Below are positions 27,067 through 35,557 of a stretch of 64,000 bases of DNA, one piece after another. The stretch spans positions 12,278 to 76,277 of the forward strand of contig JBGVEN010000017.1 in assembly GCA_045120135.1 (NCBI GenBank). The letters run 5' to 3'. The position numbers and the translations under genes are program-made. The DNA is from Monoglobaceae bacterium (GTDB lineage: Bacteria; Bacillota; Clostridia; Monoglobales; Monoglobaceae). Position 1 is the stretch's first letter, and the number at the start of each line of letters is the position of its first letter. The notes under the pieces were generated by a model. It searched no databases. It saw nothing but the letters and a program-made list of their open reading frames with translations, and had not been told where the DNA came from.

Positions 27067-30000
27067 AATAAAATATTGCGTGCTTAAATCTTCACAAAAC
27101 AAGGCTGCTTTAATATTTGTGTCAATATTTGTCACTCTTGCAGCAATTTTATTACCTAATGTATGTGTTCACGCAAGCACAAGTGACCATCTCTATGCTA
27201 AAAGCCATATTGAGGCAAATCGTGACTTGTATGGTGAAAAATATACACCGGCACAAAAGCTTAGTAGCGGCGAAATAGACCATAGTACAGGGGAAGTAAG
27301 AGTAGATGAGGTTGATATAAGCCTGCCAGGGAAAAATGGTCTTGACCTAAATATACATAGAATATATGGCAGTCAAGAGCCGCAATACAGACCTAAATAT
27401 ATAAAGGATGACTATTATGTGGAGTATGTGACAGAAAAGGCATATACATATACCGCAATGGATGGCAGTGGCACTCAGCTTTATGTATCCTTTGAAAAAG
27501 AGGAAGATATGGTGGACTCGTTTTATACAACTCCAAGAGCTCTTTCGGGTAACAGAAACGAGGATGTGTTTGGAGTAGAATATGAAGAGTATACTTCCAT
27601 AAAATCCTCAACTGGCGAAATACTTCTTGAACGCGACAAAACCAATGGGGTGAAAAGAATATATTTATCCTCACGAACAGGTATGGACACCGTAGGCAAA
27701 AAGGAAGGAAATGTATATATAAATTCAGCAAGATCACATTGGAAGCTTGTAATGCCGTATGTTTCGCGCACAACCTGTATTTCTGAAAATACAAGAAGAG
27801 TATATTATTATCGATTTAGTAACGAAAACGGAGAAATTTACGATCTAAGATTTTATGTGACGACAGACGATTCTACCCCTCATATAGTGACAAAGTTTTA
27901 TGGCAGCGCATTCAGCGTGGAATTGGCAGAAGATTCAGAGCTTAAATCATATACACTTATTCTGACCGATAAGACGGGTAAGATATATAAATTTAATCTC
28001 GGCACATTTGCTGAAATGGATTCGCAAACGGTTGTGACAGATTGTACCGTTAGTGACAGGTTTGGAAATACAATAATATATAACGGCAATGAAATCACAG
28101 ACAGTTATGGCAGAAAACTGCGTATAACTGCAAACGGGATTGAACTTTATAACGGCAACAACTATAAGTATATAGTAAAATATGGGATAAGTGAAATATA
28201 TGACCAGGACAGAGACCCATACGGAAAACTTACAATATTTACAAAACATAAACTTACTGTCTCGCGCAGTACTTCTTCCCTTGATAGCCCAAATGAAAGT
28301 TTTGAGGAAACAATATATATAACTCAGGCAAAGGAAACAGACTGCTCGATATCCAAGTATGATCATGTTCCTGTCTATTTACTAAGAGAGGTAGTTCATC
28401 CTCAGGGGCTTAAAGTGATATACGATTATGAAACAAAGTGCAATGAGGAAAAAACTCCGATTTCAAGTTATAATGGCACAATAAAGAAGTACTATGTCCC
28501 GAGGGTTGCATCAAGGACAGAATATATAAAAACAAGCGATGATGTATATACTAGGAAAAACCATAGTAGCTACAGTTACAACACATACACTGTATCATTT
28601 TTGTTTGATGACAAAAAATCAGTAGATGAATTTGTTTATATAGGCGGTGTAGAGTACAAAATAATAACTCGCAGATATGATGATTTTGGCAGAATATTAA
28701 GGATAATTGAAAGTGACGGCACAGACACAAAAGATGAAGAATATCTTTATGAGTATAGTGAAAGTGACAACAGAATAACATCATTGGAGACACTAGATTA
28801 TCCGATAATCAGACAGAAACCCATTAAGGTAATTAAAACTACAGTAAACGGTGTCTTGACCGATGCTGTGATGACAAACTATACAAGGGACCGCAAGCCC
28901 ACACTTGTGCAAAAAGGATTACAGAAAACAACATATACATATGACGATACATACGGATTCTTAATAGAGAGCACGCAAACATCAGACTTTGACCGTTCAA
29001 TCAAGACTGTGGGAACAAAAACCAAGGACGGAAAAAACATAGCTAAAACCGAAATCTTTGATGTTGTTGGCGACGCCGAAACCCTGCAGGGCGTGACCGA
29101 ATATACCTACAATGCAGATGGTACGATGGCAAGTAAAACGGTATGGCAAACCTTGAACGGTGATACTATACAGACTGTCTATACATATAATTACAGCCTG
29201 TTTACAAATCTGCAGGGTGGGGAGCACAGCGTAACTTCAACTATCACTACAACAGACGCATCGGGAAATATATACACCGAAACTACAGCTATTGAATACG
29301 ACCTTTTGGGTAATGTAATAAAAGAAACCTTTGCAGACGGCACAGCCACATCCTATAAATATGACCTTATGAGGAGAGTGACTGAAGAGTTTTATCCCGA
29401 TGGGACAAAAAACAGTATAGCATATAGCAACAATTATCAGGGAAGCACCGTTTCTGTTACCCGCCCTGATGGCAGTGTTTTGACTTATCAGTATGACCCC
29501 AATGGGAATTATCTGAGTGCAAGTCTGGACGAAATGCTTTTGATTTCAAACACTTACGATGCCCTTAACCGCAAAATAAAAACAACCTCATACAATGACG
29601 ATGATACCGCTCTGGTTGAAAGATACAGTTATGACGCCCTTGATAGAGTTACGGCTCAAACAACAGCTGGCGAAACTGTAAACTATATGTTTGATGGAAC
29701 CGAGAATGTTTTTAATGTTAAAAATAACTCTTCGTATATAAGTGGTAGCACCGATTTAAATGGTCAGTATGTGGCAGCCCTAATTATTACAAACTCAACT
29801 ACTAGATCCTCTGTGTCATGGTCTGCAAGCGTGGATGTAATCGTAGATGACGAAAAAGTATGTGATGTGGGAGTGTTTTTTGACACTATAGAATATGCTG
29901 TGATAGATTTGCGTGGCAAAAATACCCTTGAGTTTGATGGTAGAATGAACGGGACAATTTGTGTCCGACTTATAAAGCTCGAAGACCTTGGTACAGGCAC

Positions 30001-32788
30001 GCTTGGCGCAAGTACGGTTGTAACAGCTACAACAACAGGCGACCAAAGTTTTACTCCGCCTAAAATTGTGACAACCTATGATGGCATAGGCAAAGTAATC
30101 TCAGAGGAAAAACGCAACAATATCACCGATGCAGTGCTGACGAGGGACGAGTATAGCTATGACTTTTTGGGTAATGTCAAGGAGTATAGGGACAGCCGTG
30201 TAAACCTTGACGGAGTGGGAACGTTCACAACCCAAACAGAGTATAACTGGCAGGGACTTCCCGTTAAAGAGACAAATGCTGTCGGCGACGCAAAGCTCTA
30301 TGCCTATGACTTGCTTGGTAGACTTGTGGAGGCACAGGACGAAACAGGGTCAAAAACTATGTTTACATATGACCAGCTTGGCAGAGAAATCGTTGCGGAA
30401 AGTGAGATAACCGATACCGAAACCGCACGGACGGAAAAATATTACGATTTGAGCGGTAATGTGGTGAAAGAGAGAACCAAGAACAACAAAGCTGGACAGT
30501 CGACTGCTTACCGCGAGGTATGCTATGAGTATGACAGTATGCATCGCCCGACGGTTATCAAGACCAATGATGGCACAAGGGATATCTATACTCAGTATGC
30601 TTATGACAGCATGGGCAATGTTACAAAGGTTGTTACGGGTCAGACCCAAAAGCTTGATATGAGCGGTGAAATTCCACAAACCGCCAATGTTACACTGTAT
30701 GAGTATGACCGTTTTGGAAATGTAACAAAAACAACCGATGCAAACGGACTTTTCGAGACGGCGGAATATAACTATATAGGTTTGCCAATCACAACCACCG
30801 ACAAAAAAGGCGGGACAACTGCATATACATATAATGTCTACGGCAGTCGGCTGACTGCTTCGACAGCAGGGGTTGATACCATCAGCTATACCTACAATGT
30901 CAATAATATGCCGATTTCTGTGACACAAGGTGCAAATACCACGATTTATGAATATGACGCCCTTGGCAGATTGACAAAAGAGACAGAAAATGGTATAGTA
31001 AAGACATACAGTATGGATAAGCTTGGCAACCTCATATCGTCAAATGTGGGCGGTGTTGAAACCGCTTATAGCTATGATTTGCTCAATCGCTTAACAGGCG
31101 TAATCTTTGACGGCGGAAGTGCAGGCTATACCTATGACAAGATGGGCAGAATCATAGGCGAGACAAAAGGCGGTATTGAAACAAGCTATACCTACAACAA
31201 GGCAGGCTGGCTGACAAATAAGACAAATACCAAAGACAATGCAACAACTGCCTATGCCTTGACCTATTCCAATGACGGAAATATTGTAACAAGAACCGAA
31301 AACGGCGAGGTTACAAACTATACCTACGATAATTTAGGTCAGCTTGTTGCGGAAGATAACACCTTGTACGAATATGACACAAGGGGCAACCGCACAAAGA
31401 TGACCAAAGACGGAATTGTGACCGAGTATCGTTATGACCGTACAAACAAGCTTATGACCGAAAATACAAATGGCGTGTGGACGGCTTATGCCTATGACCA
31501 AAATGGCAATAATACATTAAGAGAAGTGTACGAGATAACAGCTGATGGAATGCAGGATGAGCTTTACTATCTTATTTTGAAGTATGACCCCCTTAATCGC
31601 CTGACAAAAGTACAAAAGGATGGTATGACTGCTGAATATATCTATGGCGTTGACAATATGCGTAAAAGCAAGACGGTGAATGGCGAAACGGAAAAGTATA
31701 TTTGGGATGGCGCGAATATAGTCGGTATTACTGATAATGAGGGTGTAATAACAAACAGATACTACCGAGGTGTAGGCTTAATCGCATCAAAAGAGAATGA
31801 TGTATTGAGTTATTATCAAACCAACGACCACGGCGATGTATCGGCTTGGGGTGGAGTATCATACAATTATGATGCGTTTGGTAATCAAAAAGACCAAAGT
31901 GATGATGGCAATCCGTTTAGATTTTGCGGAGAATATGCCGACGTTGAGAGCGGACTGATTTATCTCCGAAATCGGTATTATGACCCACAATTGGGACGGT
32001 TTATCAATGAAGACCCGATTAGGGATGGGCTTAATTGGTATGTTTATTGTGAAAATAATCCTGTTATGTTTGTTGACCCAACGGGATTACATTACGAGGA
32101 TGTTATAGCTGATTTAAGCACAATAGTAAGCGCCAAAGCACGAATGTTGTCTGCCCCAAGGTACAGCACCGAGTATAGGCTTGCATACCAAAACGCTATG
32201 CAAGCAAAAGAAAGTATAAGTAACGATGTAATATACATTGAAAATCTCGACGGGTTACGGTCGGTTTTGTCACCAATTGTAGAGGGTGATAACAACTCAT
32301 TGGAAAGTTTAAAGGGCGCTAGAAGTAGCGTTGAAACAGCGCTGAATGACTATAACAGAGGGCGGATTATAGATGATATTGTTACAACTGGGTTGTTGAC
32401 AGCTGGTGGAGCTGTTGCTATAAAAGCGGGAGTAGGAGCTTTAGCGGGGAAAATTGCTACAAAGGTAGCACCTGCTGCTTCTGTGGGATTTCCAACATTT
32501 AATAAGCTTAAAGAATATCTAGGTAGCCCGGGAAGTGGTAATCATTGGCACCACATAGTTGAACAATGCCAAATTGTGAAATCAGGATTTTCGGAATTTA
32601 CTATTCATGCGACCAATAATATATACGCTGTTAATGCTGACATACATGCTAAAATAACAGGATATTATGGCTCCATACAATCTTTTACAGATGGTATGAA
32701 GGTTAGAGATTGGTTAGCGGGGCAAAGCTTTGAAGCACAATATCAATTTGGAATAAATGTTTTAAAACAGTTTGGGGTTATAAAATAA
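27059..32788 (+). CDS. RHS/YD-repeat polymorphic toxin with an N-terminal signal/anchor and a C-terminal HNH/EndoVII-like (WHH/AHH-type) toxin domain
   Basis: Dozens of YD repeats (YxYDxxGN/R...). The Rhs core end reads RYYDPQLGRFINEDPIRDGLNWYVYCENNPVMFVDPTGL, followed by a ~230-aa tail ending GNHWHHIVEQ...NNIYAV...HAKI. The likely start is ATG 27059 (GAGGTGG RBS); the track ORF starts at 27038. Confidence 0.9.
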   Translation: MNKIKYCVLKSSQNKAALIFVSIFVTLAAILLPNVCVHASTSDHLYAKSHIEANRDLYGEKYTPAQKLSSGEIDHSTGEVRVDEVDISLPGKNGLDLNIHRIYGSQEPQYRPKYIKDDYYVEYVTEKAYTYTAMDGSGTQLYVSFEKEEDMVDSFYTTPRALSGNRNEDVFGVEYEEYTSIKSSTGEILLERDKTNGVKRIYLSSRTGMDTVGKKEGNVYINSARSHWKLVMPYVSRTTCISENTRRVYYYRFSNENGEIYDLRFYVTTDDSTPHIVTKFYGSAFSVELAEDSELKSYTLILTDKTGKIYKFNLGTFAEMDSQTVVTDCTVSDRFGNTIIYNGNEITDSYGRKLRITANGIELYNGNNYKYIVKYGISEIYDQDRDPYGKLTIFTKHKLTVSRSTSSLDSPNESFEETIYITQAKETDCSISKYDHVPVYLLREVVHPQGLKVIYDYETKCNEEKTPISSYNGTIKKYYVPRVASRTEYIKTSDDVYTRKNHSSYSYNTYTVSFLFDDKKSVDEFVYIGGVEYKIITRRYDDFGRILRIIESDGTDTKDEEYLYEYSESDNRITSLETLDYPIIRQKPIKVIKTTVNGVLTDAVMTNYTRDRKPTLVQKGLQKTTYTYDDTYGFLIESTQTSDFDRSIKTVGTKTKDGKNIAKTEIFDVVGDAETLQGVTEYTYNADGTMASKTVWQTLNGDTIQTVYTYNYSLFTNLQGGEHSVTSTITTTDASGNIYTETTAIEYDLLGNVIKETFADGTATSYKYDLMRRVTEEFYPDGTKNSIAYSNNYQGSTVSVTRPDGSVLTYQYDPNGNYLSASLDEMLLISNTYDALNRKIKTTSYNDDDTALVERYSYDALDRVTAQTTAGETVNYMFDGTENVFNVKNNSSYISGSTDLNGQYVAALIITNSTTRSSVSWSASVDVIVDDEKVCDVGVFFDTIEYAVIDLRGKNTLEFDGRMNGTICVRLIKLEDLGTGTLGASTVVTATTTGDQSFTPPKIVTTYDGIGKVISEEKRNNITDAVLTRDEYSYDFLGNVKEYRDSRVNLDGVGTFTTQTEYNWQGLPVKETNAVGDAKLYAYDLLGRLVEAQDETGSKTMFTYDQLGREIVAESEITDTETARTEKYYDLSGNVVKERTKNNKAGQSTAYREVCYEYDSMHRPTVIKTNDGTRDIYTQYAYDSMGNVTKVVTGQTQKLDMSGEIPQTANVTLYEYDRFGNVTKTTDANGLFETAEYNYIGLPITTTDKKGGTTAYTYNVYGSRLTASTAGVDTISYTYNVNNMPISVTQGANTTIYEYDALGRLTKETENGIVKTYSMDKLGNLISSNVGGVETAYSYDLLNRLTGVIFDGGSAGYTYDKMGRIIGETKGGIETSYTYNKAGWLTNKTNTKDNATTAYALTYSNDGNIVTRTENGEVTNYTYDNLGQLVAEDNTLYEYDTRGNRTKMTKDGIVTEYRYDRTNKLMTENTNGVWTAYAYDQNGNNTLREVYEITADGMQDELYYLILKYDPLNRLTKVQKDGMTAEYIYGVDNMRKSKTVNGETEKYIWDGANIVGITDNEGVITNRYYRGVGLIASKENDVLSYYQTNDHGDVSAWGGVSYNYDAFGNQKDQSDDGNPFRFCGEYADVESGLIYLRNRYYDPQLGRFINEDPIRDGLNWYVYCENNPVMFVDPTGLHYEDVIADLSTIVSAKARMLSAPRYSTEYRLAYQNAMQAKESISNDVIYIENLDGLRSVLSPIVEGDNNSLESLKGARSSVETALNDYNRGRIIDDIVTTGLLTAGGAVAIKAGVGALAGKIATKVAPAASVGFPTFNKLKEYLGSPGSGNHWHHIVEQCQIVKSGFSEFTIHATNNIYAVNADIHAKITGYYGSIQSFTDGMKVRDWLAGQSFEAQYQFGINVLKQFGVIK
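31928..32016 (+). repeat. 89-bp repeat, copy A, at the end of the RHS core (encodes GEYADVESGLIYLRNRYYDPQLGRFINEDP)
   Basis: Base-for-base identical to the reverse complement of 35439-35527; flanking bases differ on both sides. Confidence 0.95.
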
Positions 32789-33108
32789 TGAAAGAAGAGT
32801 TTTTATATAATTCAAATAAATTTTATGAATACCATAATAATAATCAAATAGACAATGCAAATGAACATGCAAAGAGAATGAATTTAATCTTAAAAGATAT
32901 TGTTAATGAAGATTCATTTGACACTTTTTGTGATGATATTTTACTGTCCCAAAATTCAATTGCGATAATTTGGGTTTGTGGGTTATGTATCGATTATAAC
33001 TATAGACGAGATGATGCCATTGAGATTCTAAAAGAGTTATCTTATAATGAAGATGAAATAATTTCTCGTGATGCAAGTATGTTATTGTTTGTGAAACTAA
33101 GGGAATAA
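32788..33108 (+). CDS. Putative cognate immunity protein of the RHS C-terminal toxin
   Basis: 106 aa. The start overlaps the RHS stop (TAATG). Assignment rests on position only. Confidence 0.55.
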   Translation: MKEEFLYNSNKFYEYHNNNQIDNANEHAKRMNLILKDIVNEDSFDTFCDDILLSQNSIAIIWVCGLCIDYNYRRDDAIEILKELSYNEDEIISRDASMLLFVKLRE

Positions 33109-33116
33109 CATTGTCG

Positions 33117-34127
33117 TTTGGGGACGTACATTTTTGGGAATATTGGGGACGGGGAATATTGGGGACGTGCCTGATTTTGCACATTTTAATTGACTAATCA
33201 AAACAAATATGGTATAATTCGGTAAAGGGAAGTGATAAAGGTGAGTAGACCGCCACGAGTTCTCAGCGAAACCGGATTATACCATATTATTTTTAGAGGC
33301 CTTAATCGACAGAATTTATTTGAAGAAGACGAAGACTATATAAAACTGCTTGAAATAATAAATGACGTAAAAAATATATTTGAAATACAGATATACGCTT
33401 ATTGTCTAATGACAAATCACGTACACTTGTTTTTAAGAGAAAAGGAGTCGGGAGATATTAAGACAATAATGCATAAGTTGCTGACTCGGTATGTCATGTG
33501 GTACAACCGAAAATATCAGCGTAGTGGAAGCTTGATAGGAAATCGTTATAAGAGCGAGCCTATAGAAGACGAAACATATTATCTCACTTTGATGAGGTAT
33601 ATACATCAGAATCCTGTGAAAGCAGGTATGGTTGATAAACCGGAAGAGTATATCTGGAGTAGTTATAATGATTACATAAACTTAAAAAATGAATTAACAG
33701 ATATAGAATTTGGTTTATCGATTTTGTCAGGGAATGAAGAGCAGGCATTAAAAGAATTCAAAGAATTTCATGAAACCATGGAAGATACTGATTTTTCAAT
33801 ATCAAACACAAAAAAACTTACGGACGAACAATTAAAACGAAGAATTATAAAAATAACTGGCGGAATTAGACCGGATGAAATAGCACTAAGAGCAAAGGCG
33901 GACAGAGACTATATAATTACATTGTTAAGGAATGAAGGGTTTACGATAGGACAATTAGAAAGAGTCACGGGAATATCACGAGGTATTATAACAAGGGCAA
34001 ACGTGCAAAAATAGGCACGTCCCCAATATTAATATTCAAGTTTAAAGGGACAGTTCGACCGAACTGTCCCTTTTGACTTATAGTGTTAGTATGTGCCAAA
34101 AAATGTACGTCCCCAAATGGCTCATTT
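33117..34127. mobile_element. RayT/IS200-like Y1 transposase unit bounded by nested inverted repeats
   Basis: Outer inverted repeat: tttggggacgtacatttttgg (33117-33138) vs ccaaaaaatgtacgtccccaaa (34106-34127). Inner inverted repeat: aatattggggacgtgcct (33155-33172) vs aggcacgtccccaatatt (34023-34040). There is an extra direct copy of aatattggggacg. Confidence 0.6.
33232..34014 (+). CDS. IS200/RayT-like HUH (Y1) transposase with a C-terminal HTH
   Basis: LYHIIFRGLNRQNLF, HUH motif NHVHLFL, YIHQNPVKAG with the catalytic Tyr region, and the C-terminal HTH GFTIGQLERVTGISRGIITRA. Confidence 0.75.
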   Translation: MIKVSRPPRVLSETGLYHIIFRGLNRQNLFEEDEDYIKLLEIINDVKNIFEIQIYAYCLMTNHVHLFLREKESGDIKTIMHKLLTRYVMWYNRKYQRSGSLIGNRYKSEPIEDETYYLTLMRYIHQNPVKAGMVDKPEEYIWSSYNDYINLKNELTDIEFGLSILSGNEEQALKEFKEFHETMEDTDFSISNTKKLTDEQLKRRIIKITGGIRPDEIALRAKADRDYIITLLRNEGFTIGQLERVTGISRGIITRANVQK

Positions 34128-34814
34128 GATATTCAATCGCTGTCTATTTCTGTTTTCATTCAACATCAACCATTCTTGAATAAGATTATAATCTTCATCT
34201 TCTATCAACTTTAGTAAGCTTTGCTTTTCAGAAATCTTTTTCTTCATTTTTTGAATATATTCTTGGGTGATTTTTTCTCCTAACATCTCCCTGTTTCTTT
34301 CAAAAACATATTCACTATGCGCGATTATATTTATAACATGTTGTTTACCATAAAGATACTGTTTATTTTTTAAAGCCATAATCATCTTTGGGTATTCATT
34401 ATAAAAAACAGCTCCATCAACATCAAATACTTTTAATGCTTCGTATGCGTCAATACAATTTGTAGCTTTTTGAAAGAATGGCATTAAATATTTTTCCATA
34501 TAATAGAGCATCTGCCCTATGCAAATATTTATACTATTTTCATCTTTAGTTATATAGGAAAACCAATCTGCGCTGTTTTCAAATCTTTTTAAATGTGTTG
34601 CTCCACACGTTGATTTATCTATTTTATACTCTTGTGATAATGGTAAAACACAAAACTCTACAGTTGCATCGGTTTGGTAATGTGAACGGTGAAGACAGAA
34701 ACTTTGAAAAACATCATTGACAACCCTATAATGATAATTACGATATGTTTTAAATCCATATTCATTGAATTCTTCTTTGCATCGTTTTTTGTATTCTTTC
34801 AAAAAATAATCCAT
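34122..34814 (-). CDS. Putative immunity protein of the orphan toxin cassette (DUF4304-like)
   Basis: 230 aa. ATG lies 8 nt after the toxin stop with an overlapping AGGAG. The N-terminus EFNEYGFKTYRNYHYRVVNDVFQSFCL resembles DUF4304-type immunity proteins. The family call is weak. Confidence 0.5.
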   Translation of the reverse strand: MDYFLKEYKKRCKEEFNEYGFKTYRNYHYRVVNDVFQSFCLHRSHYQTDATVEFCVLPLSQEYKIDKSTCGATHLKRFENSADWFSYITKDENSINICIGQMLYYMEKYLMPFFQKATNCIDAYEALKVFDVDGAVFYNEYPKMIMALKNKQYLYGKQHVINIIAHSEYVFERNREMLGEKITQEYIQKMKKKISEKQSLLKLIEDEDYNLIQEWLMLNENRNRQRLNIK

Positions 34815-34822
34815 AATTTCTC

Positions 34823-35527
34823 CTATTGTATCGTTTGAAGTCTAATCTTATTTAAAGAAAATAACGACATAAAGGCACCGAGTACGGTCATTTCCTTTTC
34901 AATGGCATAAGCCTTCACAGTATCCCAATTTGTTATTTTATAGTAATCGTAAGCTATAACACCATCACCAGCATACCTATATGAAATGTAATATGCATCT
35001 ATATTTATGTTTTGAACAAAGCTACCCGGTGCTATCTCACCACCTACATACAAATCCGTATCTGAGTGGTCTTTCCATTCATTAGCAACATATTTTTGTA
35101 CCTGTGTAACACCTTTTGCAATTTGATTGGGTTTATCTCTCTTAACATCCCATACAGCACCATCATTACTGATAAGATCTGCACGTCCCCAACCAAAATC
35201 ATAATATATTGTTTGTTCAGTATTCAAATCATATATCGAAGCTACTTTTTTCACAACGAGATTGTGAATTTGTCCTGGATATGCGAGCATCCCCGTAGAA
35301 TCAATATATTTTAAAGGATTATTCATACAATAAACATACAAGTTACTGCTTTGCATTATTGCATTTATGTCAGGAATTTTTGTTTCTCCGTCCTTATACT
35401 CTTTATCCCCATAAACCATATTGTTAGTATTCCAATATGGGTCTTCATTGATAAACCGTCCCAATTGTGGGTCATAATACCGATTTCGGAGATAAATCAG
35501 TCCGCTCTCAACGTCGGCATATTCTCC
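34823..35527 (-). other. Orphan RHS C-terminal toxin cassette (no start codon of its own), possible PD-(D/E)xK nuclease tip
   Basis: It begins with the 89-bp RHS-core repeat just after an in-frame TGA. It continues ...NLYVYCMNNPLKYIDSTGM (core-end motif), then a unique ~160-aa tail with GWGRADLISNDGAVWDVKRDK (D...D-x-K pattern). Confidence 0.75.
35439..35527 (-). repeat. 89-bp repeat, copy B, inverted, at the 5' end of the orphan cassette
   Basis: Perfect reverse complement of 31928-32016. Confidence 0.95.
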
Positions 35528-35557
35528 TGAGTATCATAACGTGTGCTGTAATTGATT

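Noticed and set aside
30350-30928. 192-aa minus-strand ORF, plus several smaller ORFs (27393-30046), inside the RHS gene
   Set aside because: They are antisense to a continuous 5.7-kb YD-repeat ORF and have Cys/Ile-rich, non-protein-like composition.
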